Origin: Escherichia phage vB_EcoM_ESCO32
DNA: 64,000 nucleotides
Sequence record: OM386658.1
Strand: one strand, 5' to 3'
This document shows positions 35,806-45,211 of the stretch, piece after piece. The notes under the pieces were generated by a model. It was given only the letters and a program-made list of their open reading frames with translations. It ran no database searches and had not been told where the DNA came from. Position 1 is the first letter of the stretch. Every line of letters begins with the position of its first letter. Both the position numbers and the translations under genes were made by a program.

Positions 35806-36537
35806 ATGAGCGAATTTGTAAACAACACCGCGTTAAACTACCTGCAAACCCTCGAAAGCAATAGTGTAGATTTGATTCTTACTGACCCACCATATGCTAT
35901 TTCTCGTGACACAAATTTTCAATCTGGAGAGCCTACTGGAAAAGATACAGATAGATTCCGTGTATCTTACAACTTTGGGGATTGGGATGTTGTAGATATT
36001 CCTTACTTTAAAGAAGTATTCAAAGAAGCCTATAGGGTGCTTAGAAAAGGTGGTACTTGCATAGTTTGGTATGATATCTGGAAGATCCAGGAGCTACGTG
36101 AAATCCTTGAACCGCTTGGTTTTCGTATGTTCCGTACTATTGAATGGATTAAAACAAACCCTGTACCCATCAACAGTGGTGTTAACTACCTTAGTAACGC
36201 TAAAGAGATGGCTATTGTTTGTGTTAAAGGTTCTAAGCCAACCTTCAATGCCTCCTACCACAAGGGTGTGTTTGAGTATCCTATCTATCAAGGAGCAGAT
36301 CGTTTTCATCCGACACAAAAACACTTGACTTTGTTTTGTGACCTTATTAATATACATACCAACGAAGGAGATGTAGTCTTAGACTTCTTCTCTGGAAGTG
36401 CAACAACACAAGTTGCGGCACTTTTAACAGGTAGAGAATACTTAGGCTGTGAAGCCGATGTAAATATTTTTAAGCAAGCGGAGGAACGACTAAATGAGTA
36501 CACTGAACAGCAAAATCACCCTGAAAGCACTGATTAA
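35806..36537 (+). CDS. DNA methyltransferase (amino-MTase; N6-adenine or N4-cytosine), orphan
   Basis: Motif IV LILTDPPYAISRD (DPPY) near the N-terminus and motif I-like VVLDFFSGSATT near the C-terminus; no adjacent restriction endonuclease gene recognised. Confidence 0.7.
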   Translation: MSEFVNNTALNYLQTLESNSVDLILTDPPYAISRDTNFQSGEPTGKDTDRFRVSYNFGDWDVVDIPYFKEVFKEAYRVLRKGGTCIVWYDIWKIQELREILEPLGFRMFRTIEWIKTNPVPINSGVNYLSNAKEMAIVCVKGSKPTFNASYHKGVFEYPIYQGADRFHPTQKHLTLFCDLINIHTNEGDVVLDFFSGSATTQVAALLTGREYLGCEADVNIFKQAEERLNEYTEQQNHPESTD

Positions 36538-36925
36538 CAACGGTATGAACCTGGACTCTGGTCTGTCTCCAAAGATTTCTATGGCACGACTAGAACAAGT
36601 TACTGGTCTTCGTCAAGTAAGTAATGGCGGTAAGATTATTCGTGATGACGCTGTACCTTTTAATAAATTTCAGATTGAACGTCATTACGATCCTGTAACT
36701 GCAAGTCTCACTGGTGTAACTTTCTCAGGTTATCGTACTGCCGGATACCAACGTAAGGTTGTAGCTGAACGTATTAAAAATCGCAAACAGAAAATTGCAA
36801 CATTGAAGAAACTAGTAGAGAAAGATGTTTCAGAACTTCTTAACCTGTATGAAACTCTTGAGACAAAAGGTGAAGATCATAAACTCTTCTCTAAAGAAGA
36901 TGTGAGCGTAATTTTCACTGATTAA
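36494..36925 (+). CDS. hypothetical protein
   Basis: 143 aa, last plus-strand gene before the strand switch; start overlaps the end of the MTase gene. Confidence 0.4.
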   Translation: MSTLNSKITLKALINNGMNLDSGLSPKISMARLEQVTGLRQVSNGGKIIRDDAVPFNKFQIERHYDPVTASLTGVTFSGYRTAGYQRKVVAERIKNRKQKIATLKKLVEKDVSELLNLYETLETKGEDHKLFSKEDVSVIFTD

Positions 36926-36936
36926 GATAAAAGAAA

Positions 36937-36960
36937 AGGAGCCTATTGGCTCCTTTTTGT
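36937..36960. terminator. bidirectional intrinsic terminator at the convergent strand switch
   Basis: aggagcc-tatt-ggctcct flanked by A-rich sequence upstream and ttttgttt downstream; sits between the converging gene ends at 36925 (+) and 36961 (-). Confidence 0.5.
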
Positions 36961-38847
36961 TTATGTAACATTGACTGTAAATCTGACAAGAGGTGATAAC
37001 ACGTCATTATCAGCATCATAGTGTGCAACATCAAACACTGCTGTACCTGCTGCAAACCCGTATTGTTCAACCTGATCTGCATAAGTAAATGTGTAAGTGT
37101 TAGTATCAAGAGTTTGTTCTGTAAGAATTGCTGCTGTGAGGACGTTTACATTTCGGAAGTAATGTTTGGTATATCCTGCTGGTTCCCAAGAAATAATTGC
37201 ATCTTGGTTAGCTTGTCTTACAGCGGCTCCTCCTGTTGGAACAGACATATCAACCCAAACAGGTGGTGTTGATGTTAAATCTGTACCGTCTGCTGCTGAT
37301 TTAGCAAGTTTTGTAGCTGCTGTTTGATATACAGAAGAAATATAATGGATACGACCATCAATACCTTCTTCATAAACATAACCACTGTAACGTTCAGCAC
37401 CATCTACCCAAGAACCAATGATAACATCATCACGTGCTGTAGAGATGGTTCTTTGTACATTTCTGTACTTCTGCCAATCCACACCATTAACTTCTACACC
37501 ATATAAATAAGAACGTCCTAGGATCTGCCAAACAATTTTTGCTTGAGAAGCAGGAACTATTGTACGCATCTTATCAAAGATAGCTATCGTAGCATCATGG
37601 TAACGTGTAGTGTTACTGTACCTACCTGCAACAGTCGAAGATGCTGATACAGCATCATTTTCACCTTGTCCCCAAATAATTGCTTTAACCTTACTTGCAT
37701 AAGGTGTGACTTTAGTGATAAAGTTAGTTAAGCATGGCCCATCTGCTGTGTTATCCAGATCATACCAGTAGTTGTCTGGTGTACCTGTTCCAGCTTTATC
37801 GTCAGCATATTTATCTGCTGCTGATGATCCAGAAGCTGTATTTAACGGAAGAACTTCAGCATTTGCTAAACCACGTTGCGTAGCATATGCATTACGGGTT
37901 GTTGTGCTACTCATTACTGCTTTATTTGCACCAGATAATTCTGTAAAGTGTGCATTTACGTTATCTTGTCCAGCAAAGACAATAACTTCTTTAATGAACG
38001 AATCATCTGTAGCTATTGAGTTATTAAAGATAACGGCTGCTGCTTTGGTGCTCTTAACGCTAATTTTAAGGTATGTTGGAGCAAACCCATAAAGAGGAAT
38101 AGAGTCAGAGATATCAAAGTAAGCGTAAGTATTCGTGGTTGTTGTAGTCCACTGAACACTATTATCACTTAAATCTAATACTTCTACAGTATAAGTATCA
38201 CCGTCTAGTGGATCAGTTACATCCCAAGCAACACGAACGTCTCCATAACTGTTTGCCACGGCTGTTACATTAGAAATAACAGGAATAGCATTAACACCTA
38301 AATAAGAACTATCAGAGGCCACAACTGTTCCTTGATACGTTGCAGTACAACCTATACGGCAATTGCCATCTTTAAGAGCAGTTATTAATCCTGTAGGGCT
38401 TACAGTAGCTACTTCTGGATCTGTTGTGGTGTATGTAATTACCATATCTGGAAGGTCTTTAGCACCTTCTGGACTGATTGTAGCAACCAACTGTTGAGTA
38501 GTGCCTACATCCATAGCCGATAGACTTTCAGTGTACACACTTAATTCTGAAGCATAACCACCAGATTGATCAGTTAAGACAGCACCTAAATTATTTTTAG
38601 CTGTCATTATTGCATCAAAACCACCTTCAGCAACAAACTCCATCATACCATTATTATCTATAACCATTTTGGTATTATCTGAAGATGAAAAAGCTATATC
38701 AAATAACGCACCATCTTCGGGTGTAACTGTATATGTCAGTTGTTTTTTACTACCAACTATTGCAATGCCAATAGAGGAAGTGGTTATAGATGTAGCTGTT
38801 ACTACTGAAGCTGATGTTGTTGACATAAATAAAGGAATAGGATACAT
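36961..38847 (-). CDS. tail fibre/decoration protein with two Big_2-like Ig domains and an SGNH/sialate-O-acetylesterase-like (DUF303-like) domain
   Basis: Two Big_2-like segments (IGIAIVGSKKQLTYTVTPEDG...; MDVGTTQQLVATISPEG...TTTDPEVATVSPTGLITALKDGNCRIGCTAT); esterase-like VFAGQDNV and IIWGQGENDA (compare GQSNM and WxQGExD). Confidence 0.45.
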   Translation of the reverse strand: MYPIPLFMSTTSASVVTATSITTSSIGIAIVGSKKQLTYTVTPEDGALFDIAFSSSDNTKMVIDNNGMMEFVAEGGFDAIMTAKNNLGAVLTDQSGGYASELSVYTESLSAMDVGTTQQLVATISPEGAKDLPDMVITYTTTDPEVATVSPTGLITALKDGNCRIGCTATYQGTVVASDSSYLGVNAIPVISNVTAVANSYGDVRVAWDVTDPLDGDTYTVEVLDLSDNSVQWTTTTTNTYAYFDISDSIPLYGFAPTYLKISVKSTKAAAVIFNNSIATDDSFIKEVIVFAGQDNVNAHFTELSGANKAVMSSTTTRNAYATQRGLANAEVLPLNTASGSSAADKYADDKAGTGTPDNYWYDLDNTADGPCLTNFITKVTPYASKVKAIIWGQGENDAVSASSTVAGRYSNTTRYHDATIAIFDKMRTIVPASQAKIVWQILGRSYLYGVEVNGVDWQKYRNVQRTISTARDDVIIGSWVDGAERYSGYVYEEGIDGRIHYISSVYQTAATKLAKSAADGTDLTSTPPVWVDMSVPTGGAAVRQANQDAIISWEPAGYTKHYFRNVNVLTAAILTEQTLDTNTYTFTYADQVEQYGFAAGTAVFDVAHYDADNDVLSPLVRFTVNVT

Positions 38848-38865
38848 TTAATCTCCTTAAACAAT

Positions 38866-38883
38866 AAGCCCCCGAAGGGGCTT
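38866..38883 (-). terminator. terminator-like hairpin between tail fibre genes
   Basis: aagcccc-cgaa-ggggctt hairpin immediately after the stop of the 38887-40848 gene on the minus strand. Confidence 0.35.
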
Positions 38884-38886
38884 TGA

Positions 38887-40848
38887 TTATGTGCGTTTAG
38901 CAACAATAGCATCCACGTAATCACCAACACCACAATATGTTAGTTGTAGTATTGTTACTCCGTTAGGATCTGTATTAATATCACTAGAACCAATTACTTT
39001 ATAAGATGGATCTAAAGTAACAGTACGACCTCCAGTGGCATCTTGGATAAGATAAACTATTGCAGAGAATGGTTTAGGTTTTGTGCTATCTTCGACACCA
39101 GGCCATGCTTTTATAGTAGAGTTACCAGTAAGATTCAACACATTCATGTTATGTGTTCCTGGAGGTGTCCAGTCACCTGTAACAGAGTTGTTGGTATATG
39201 CTGTAACCTCTATAAAATTAGTTGTTACTTTTGTTGGAACTATATCTTGACCATCTACAGAACTGGTGAGTTCTTCCCATGCTCCATCTTTACGAGCATA
39301 GATCTTACCGTCACTAGGTGCATCTGTGATGCTAGGTAGTGTACCTTGAGAAGTCCAGACAGTTGCAGATGTTTTTAAGAACACCTCGCCAGTGGAGATA
39401 TTAAAGGCATAATCACCTTGTTTACCATCACTAGAGATTGGATCTGTTGTTTTAACAATCCAAGTTGCACCGTCTGTACCGTTAGTACCAGCGTCACCTT
39501 TTTCACCCTTATCACCTTTCAAACTACCCATATCTACATATTCAGCAGTTTGAGTTTGTTCGTCATAGGTGTAAATGTAAAGATGGCCTGTATCTTCCGT
39601 CAGATAAGCGTCACCGTAATTGGCTGTAGGAGGAAGTGCACTTGCAGACGCAACGTGTCCTTTTGCAGTGATTGGAGTACCAGCTAAACGACCAACATTT
39701 GTCCACTCTGTGGCTCCTTGCAACCAGACCCAAAGTTCATTATTGATCAGATAACCATCACCATCTTCTCCAGTTTGTGGTAGTTCAGAAGTGCTAGTCA
39801 GAATATCAATAATAGTCAACCCTGCGCCAGTTGGCCCCGTCAAGCCTTGTATACCCTGCTCACCTTGATCACCCTTGTCTCCCTTATCACCTTTTTCTCC
39901 TTTCAGAGAGGCAATATATTCGTCAATAGTACCAACGTTACCAGCATTTAACCAGACTTGATAAGCAGAATCACCAGTGTTACCCTTATCTCCTTTGTCG
40001 CCTTTATCTCCTTTTGGCCCCACTATAGCGCCCATATTGATCCATTCTACACCGTTTGACACGTATAGATATGTACCAATACTCCATGCTTGAGATGTGT
40101 TTCCAGGAGATGCAGAAGGAAGATCTGAAACAGAGTTAGCTGCACCTTGGTAATCAAAACCATTAGCATTATTACCTGGTACACCTTGTGGCCCCTCTGG
40201 GCCAGGCTCCCCTTTATCACCTTTAATTGAAGCAAGATAATCTAGTTCTGTACCTTGGTTCCCTGCTGCAAGCCAAACTTGATAAGCAGATTTACCCTCT
40301 GGCCCCTGTGAGTTTACTTTTCTCCAAGCAGTACCATCCCAAGCATACATATTCTCGCCTACAATCCATGCATCTCCTGCATTGTTTCCAGTTGTAGGTA
40401 ATTGGTTGGTATTAGATAGTGTCCCTAGTAGCTTTAATGGAGCACCTGGATCACCTTTTAAAGAAGCCAACCACTGTGTCTCAGTACCTTGGAAACCATT
40501 GTCTACGGCAATCTGGTAAGCTGATTTACCAGCTTCTGGGATGGATTCTCTAAGATCTTCAATTTCAGCTTCAATAGCATCTAATTCTGATTCTATTTGA
40601 GCAATGTCATCTGCATTACCCACATTTTTCCAAGCTGTATCTGAAATCCCTCCAGTAGATGTAGGAGTAGAGTTAGCAGGTACAACTTTAGGTAGAGAAC
40701 CTTTCCACTGATAGTAGTTACCGTCAGCTTCAAAGAGCAATGCTTCACGAGCATCTCTTAAGGTAAAACCACTTGCAAAACTTCTACGCTTTCTATAGCG
40801 AGACTCTACCATGTCTGCAATGGCACTATTTGGACGTGTTAAAATCAC
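38887..40848 (-). CDS. tail fibre protein with collagen-like Gly-X-Y repeats
   Basis: GDKGDKGDKGNTGDS; GEKGDKGDKGDQGEQGIQGLTGPTG; GDKGEPGPEGPQGVPG; GDKGEKGDAGTNGTDG; interleaved with a repeated SAYQ(V/I)W(L)..G..GT...Y(L)AS(L)KG module. GTG start after aaaaggag. Confidence 0.55.
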   Translation of the reverse strand: MILTRPNSAIADMVESRYRKRRSFASGFTLRDAREALLFEADGNYYQWKGSLPKVVPANSTPTSTGGISDTAWKNVGNADDIAQIESELDAIEAEIEDLRESIPEAGKSAYQIAVDNGFQGTETQWLASLKGDPGAPLKLLGTLSNTNQLPTTGNNAGDAWIVGENMYAWDGTAWRKVNSQGPEGKSAYQVWLAAGNQGTELDYLASIKGDKGEPGPEGPQGVPGNNANGFDYQGAANSVSDLPSASPGNTSQAWSIGTYLYVSNGVEWINMGAIVGPKGDKGDKGDKGNTGDSAYQVWLNAGNVGTIDEYIASLKGEKGDKGDKGDQGEQGIQGLTGPTGAGLTIIDILTSTSELPQTGEDGDGYLINNELWVWLQGATEWTNVGRLAGTPITAKGHVASASALPPTANYGDAYLTEDTGHLYIYTYDEQTQTAEYVDMGSLKGDKGEKGDAGTNGTDGATWIVKTTDPISSDGKQGDYAFNISTGEVFLKTSATVWTSQGTLPSITDAPSDGKIYARKDGAWEELTSSVDGQDIVPTKVTTNFIEVTAYTNNSVTGDWTPPGTHNMNVLNLTGNSTIKAWPGVEDSTKPKPFSAIVYLIQDATGGRTVTLDPSYKVIGSSDINTDPNGVTILQLTYCGVGDYVDAIVAKRT

Positions 40849-40866
40849 TTTACTACTCCTTTTATA

Positions 40867-40884
40867 AAGGGGCTTTCGCCCCTT
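40867..40884 (-). terminator. terminator-like hairpin
   Basis: aaggggc-tttc-gcccctt between the tailspike stop and the next fibre gene start. Confidence 0.35.
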
Positions 40885-40888
40885 TTAA

Positions 40889-43303
40889 TTAAGCATTATT
40901 GACAGTAACAAAAGTAACAGGGTTCAGAGCTTTAATTTTTGTATTCTCTGCTGTAGGTGTTACAATTGGATCTGCAATATCTATTGTGTACAAACTATTT
41001 GTCACATATGTAGCACGTGCTATAGTTGTCACAAGATCGCCGCCATTTACACCTGCACCTGGAATAACAATCTTAGTACCTGCTGCTTTAGCGTAGCCAT
41101 TACTAGCCCAGTTTAAAGCATTAGACTGTAGATAGGTTTGACCTGTAACAGTTGCTTTTATTTTCTCATTATCACTAAAGAAAGCACCACCTGCTGTAAC
41201 AACGTGTTTTTTACCGCTTGCACAATGAATAACTGTTCCAGTAGGGAAGTCACGCCCACCTGGGAATTCATCATAAGCTGTAAAATATTGTTCAGAAATA
41301 GTAGTTAAAACTGGCCCACGATGACCTGTACCATCAACAGCAGTTGGAACACCAAAGTTATTTCCAACCTGATCGCAACGATCAGTGTAGATTTTAGCAA
41401 AAGAAACTGTTATTTCATCTCCGCTAAGTGCTGTACATCCTACCCACTTCATATACGTGAATTGGCTGCGAGTATAGAAACCGCCACCACTTCCTTCTCC
41501 GCTTCCATGTTGACCAATAAAGTCAATGCTACGGCAACGAATGTTATTAAAGGTAGAGCTAGATGGTAGTCCACGCCATTTAAAAACATTACAATTGATG
41601 TTACTAACAATTGTAGAGTTTTCCCAGGCATCTGATCCAGCCGTTGCAATCTCAATTGAAGATTCTGGAATATCCAAATTCTTAATTGTAAAGTTAATTG
41701 GTGGCCCCGCATATCTTCCACTGTTAACACCCCAGTCAATAAAGACCATGCGTGTTGAAACAGACGGATCATTAAGCAGATAACCAGTTAAACCATCAAC
41801 TTCAAAATCTTGGCATCCGTATAATGCAACACCACAAGTAGTTAAACCTGTACCTGTTGAAACTGCTGTGTTAGGATAAACTTCGTTATCACGTATTGTG
41901 AAGTTTTTACCCATTTCAACGTGTAAACATTGACGGCAATTGTAAACCCTATTCCCAACGATACTGAAATTACGTACATATTGTGAATCAGGAACATCAA
42001 CACCATATGGGCCACTACCTGCTACACCAATACCAATACCCCAGTTTGCCCCTTGTCCAGAAGCATCTACGTTAGCAATGTGGTTATTCTCGATAATCAA
42101 ACCTTCAGTGTAGTGTTTTTGAACTACGTTAAGTTCAATAGCATCACCTTTAATATCGTGAATATAGTTGTTAGAGTAACGCCCGTAGGTCATTACTTCT
42201 CCAGTACCTTGTTGCAGGATCGCATATTTACAACCATACATTTCGTTGTAACTGAAGTCCAACGTACCTTCACTTGTCATTGCTTGCATTAAGAATGCTG
42301 CTGTAGATGTTGCGTTGGAGAAGATATTACGATAGAATCGGCAATCACCACCTAACATCTTAACATAACATTTTTCAAAGCGAACGTTTTCCATCCAACA
42401 AGACACAGTAGAAATCATTGTTCCACCGTTACCAGTGAATGTACCACCATACCAACGAATACCAGACATAGCAATTGAGCTTGTGAATCTATAATTCTTA
42501 TCTGCACGTACTTGAATGTTATTCGTGTTAGCGAAAGTAATGGTTTTTAAAATTGCTTGAGTATCATCGGTAACTCCATCACCAATTGCACCAAACTGCT
42601 CAGGCGTTACAAAGTATTGAGCTTGTAAGAGGTTGCCTCCAGATGGAAGACCAACCATTGCTGCACCAGTGGTGGATGACAAAAGGTTTTTCTCTACGTA
42701 AGAAGTAGAGGCTGTTGTTTTACCAATAAAAGCAAACAATTTGTTAGGTAGACCAGTAGACGGATCTAAACCTAGTGGTTCTGCCAGAATAATTTTACTA
42801 TCTTTGATAGTAAATGCTTCACCTTGAATCTGAATTACACCGTTAATGGTGACAATAGCATTATCAAAGATATAAGGAGGACTGATTTCTGTTTCATATC
42901 CTGTAGCACCTTTAAAATACCAAGGATACACATCTGAAGCTAACTGTTCAGTTTTAAGAGCGTACAGAGTCCAGTTACTATCTCCTACAGGTGTTCCCTG
43001 CATAGGTACAGGGTTCGCAGTAGTGGCAGATGGGGCATAATAGTACCCACTCAAGATACCGTTTTCAAAATAACGTAACTGGTTAAATACAGTTTCAGTT
43101 GATCCTGCTGACCAAGCAACAGGACTCTTAAAGAAGAAGTTATCAACAAGTGCTTTACGCAGTGTAGGTATTAAACCTGTTTCGGTTTCTACAGTTGCTG
43201 TAGCATCTCCATTAATAACATCATGCATCTGGTTAGACGAGAATATAACCAGATCAACACCTTGTTCTAGTGTCGTAGCAGGATATGTTGGAAAATTCGC
43301 CAT
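40889..43303 (-). CDS. tailspike protein with pectate-lyase-like right-handed beta-helix (putative polysaccharide depolymerase)
   Basis: QFGAIGDGVTDDTQAI is the classic N-terminal signature of pectate-lyase-superfamily tailspikes; 804 aa; downstream repetitive beta-strand-rich sequence. Confidence 0.55.
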   Translation of the reverse strand: MANFPTYPATTLEQGVDLVIFSSNQMHDVINGDATATVETETGLIPTLRKALVDNFFFKSPVAWSAGSTETVFNQLRYFENGILSGYYYAPSATTANPVPMQGTPVGDSNWTLYALKTEQLASDVYPWYFKGATGYETEISPPYIFDNAIVTINGVIQIQGEAFTIKDSKIILAEPLGLDPSTGLPNKLFAFIGKTTASTSYVEKNLLSSTTGAAMVGLPSGGNLLQAQYFVTPEQFGAIGDGVTDDTQAILKTITFANTNNIQVRADKNYRFTSSIAMSGIRWYGGTFTGNGGTMISTVSCWMENVRFEKCYVKMLGGDCRFYRNIFSNATSTAAFLMQAMTSEGTLDFSYNEMYGCKYAILQQGTGEVMTYGRYSNNYIHDIKGDAIELNVVQKHYTEGLIIENNHIANVDASGQGANWGIGIGVAGSGPYGVDVPDSQYVRNFSIVGNRVYNCRQCLHVEMGKNFTIRDNEVYPNTAVSTGTGLTTCGVALYGCQDFEVDGLTGYLLNDPSVSTRMVFIDWGVNSGRYAGPPINFTIKNLDIPESSIEIATAGSDAWENSTIVSNINCNVFKWRGLPSSSTFNNIRCRSIDFIGQHGSGEGSGGGFYTRSQFTYMKWVGCTALSGDEITVSFAKIYTDRCDQVGNNFGVPTAVDGTGHRGPVLTTISEQYFTAYDEFPGGRDFPTGTVIHCASGKKHVVTAGGAFFSDNEKIKATVTGQTYLQSNALNWASNGYAKAAGTKIVIPGAGVNGGDLVTTIARATYVTNSLYTIDIADPIVTPTAENTKIKALNPVTFVTVNNA

Positions 43304-43644
43304 TAATTTTTGTCCTTACTTTGTGTGCGCTTTGTAATCTCCTCTAGCATTAATTGAACAGGAGCATTTTTTAAATCCATTATTTTTTCAATCTTCTGTT
43401 CTAAGGCAGTATTATTTGCCATTAATGTAGAGTTGATCTGGTTAAGCATTTGAGCAAGTTCTGCTTTGGTAGCATAAGTGGATTCAACAAACACCAACTT
43501 CTTTTCTAGTTCGCGGTATTTGTCTTCCATTTTATCCAAATCACTTGCCATATCATCTATCTTCTGTTTGAAGACCACCCAGATTACGCCAATAAGAGGG
43601 ATAATCGCCTCTTTAGCGATATCCCATACTTCTGTTAGCTCCAT
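43303..43644 (-). CDS. hypothetical membrane-anchored coiled-coil protein
   Basis: 113 aa; N-terminal hydrophobic segment IIPLIGVIWVVF followed by charged heptad-like sequence. Confidence 0.3.
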   Translation of the reverse strand: MELTEVWDIAKEAIIPLIGVIWVVFKQKIDDMASDLDKMEDKYRELEKKLVFVESTYATKAELAQMLNQINSTLMANNTALEQKIEKIMDLKNAPVQLMLEEITKRTQSKDKN

Positions 43645-43653
43645 ACATTGCCC

Positions 43654-44205
43654 CTATTTCTTAGGTCTTGTAGGCCAAGTTATATTAGGTGCATCTTCAA
43701 CGTTAATTTGAATTAATGTTGCACGATAGAGTTTAACTTTTCCTAACCAATCTTTTTGTTCTTCAGATAAACCTTGTAATTCCTCTAAATCTTGAATCGC
43801 AGACACTTGATTCGTAGCCCAAGTTAGCTCCTTTTCTAACTTAAGAGTAGCATCTTCAATAGCAAGATTATTGTGAGGAACAAACTTACCTTCAACATAT
43901 TGCCAAGAGCCAATATTACTTTCATCTTCTATTTTATCTGGTACATTATATGTAACTAAAATAGATTGTCCGGCAGGGAAATAGGTAGTAACATCTTTAG
44001 TAGCACCACGTACAATATTATTATCATCTAAGGTAATAAAATAAGCGTCGGGATATTCTACCATCAAAGTTTTTTGAAGCTGATACCAGTCGTTACCATC
44101 TTTGTCTTGCAAAAAACCACCACCAACAGAAAGATAAAGAATATTTTCTTCTGTTAATTCTGGTTCATACAATTCAAAACCTGTAAAAATAACGTCTTTT
44201 TTCAT
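43654..44205 (-). CDS. hypothetical protein (possible tail fibre assembly/chaperone by position)
   Basis: 183 aa ORF immediately downstream of a fibre-like gene on the minus strand; no motif support. Confidence 0.25.
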   Translation of the reverse strand: MKKDVIFTGFELYEPELTEENILYLSVGGGFLQDKDGNDWYQLQKTLMVEYPDAYFITLDDNNIVRGATKDVTTYFPAGQSILVTYNVPDKIEDESNIGSWQYVEGKFVPHNNLAIEDATLKLEKELTWATNQVSAIQDLEELQGLSEEQKDWLGKVKLYRATLIQINVEDAPNITWPTRPKK

Positions 44206-44214
44206 AGACTCTCC

Positions 44215-45198
44215 TTACGAAACGTTGGTTACTGTTATCCAGCTACCATTAATATAATATTGTAGCGGGGCTGACCAATACCAAGCACCACGAAGTTCTT
44301 TCTTGTCACCAAAACCCCAACCTGTGATCACGTGACCAGCATAGAAACGAGACTCAGACACACCAGCTTGGATACGTGTTCCAAGACGGATAGCAGACAC
44401 AACAGAAGAAACTCTATTGTTAATGCTATTAATTTGGCCTTGCAAGTTACTATTAACGTTGTTAATATTATTTTGCAGTGTGCTTTGCAATGAGTTTAGT
44501 CTGGAGTTAAGATAATCTAATCTTACAAGAGCATTACCATTACCAGTATCTTGACCAGAATTAGAACGAGGGTTGTCTATTAAAACATAACCTGCATCAT
44601 ATAAACGGACTGCACAAGATGTTCCTCCAGTTGATGGGTTCATTCTATAAATATAGAGTTGACCACCTGCACCTGGTTCAGAGGACATATTACCTACTGT
44701 TTGTCCGTTGTAGTTTCTAAAAAATAATGTTGCAGGATCTGTAGCACCTGTACCACAGGTATAAATATCGCCTGCATAGATAGCACCACCATTATCACGC
44801 TTAACAAGGACATTCCCTACAACTTGGTTTGATGTTGCGTCTGTAATGTTAGCTGATAAGTGATTATGGCTGTTATCTACGATTTGAATAGATAATGTTA
44901 CAGCAGCATTACCATTCCATGTAACTTCACCTGTAGCATCACCTGCCATTGTAATTTTAGTACCGACTATAGGAAGATATGTAGTAGGCAATGTTGGGAA
45001 GAATTCATCTTGCATATAGCGAATCCAAGACCCAATATTGTTTAAGATCCAGTTCATTTCTTCACAAGTCATAATCTGACCAAAGTCCATACCAACATTA
45101 CGGATGGTTTCTTTTGGTCTAATCTTGTTTGTGTTTCCCGTTCCTGGGAGGGTTACTGTTTGTGTCGCCCAGTCAGGGTAGTATTGTGGCTTTGCCAT
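44215..45198 (-). CDS. tail fibre-like protein
   Basis: 327 aa, Gly/Asn/Thr/Ser-rich with repeated NS..N...LQ segments; position in the tail block. Confidence 0.35.
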   Translation of the reverse strand: MAKPQYYPDWATQTVTLPGTGNTNKIRPKETIRNVGMDFGQIMTCEEMNWILNNIGSWIRYMQDEFFPTLPTTYLPIVGTKITMAGDATGEVTWNGNAAVTLSIQIVDNSHNHLSANITDATSNQVVGNVLVKRDNGGAIYAGDIYTCGTGATDPATLFFRNYNGQTVGNMSSEPGAGGQLYIYRMNPSTGGTSCAVRLYDAGYVLIDNPRSNSGQDTGNGNALVRLDYLNSRLNSLQSTLQNNINNVNSNLQGQINSINNRVSSVVSAIRLGTRIQAGVSESRFYAGHVITGWGFGDKKELRGAWYWSAPLQYYINGSWITVTNVS

Positions 45199-45211
45199 TA
45201 AGAGTAACTCC

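Noticed and set aside
39418-40600. Short periodic DNA repeats that might suggest a CRISPR array or minisatellite
   Set aside because: The periodicity is the codon-level repeat of collagen-like Gly-X-Y triplets inside a long intact tail-fibre ORF. There are no spacer-separated identical direct repeats and no cas genes.
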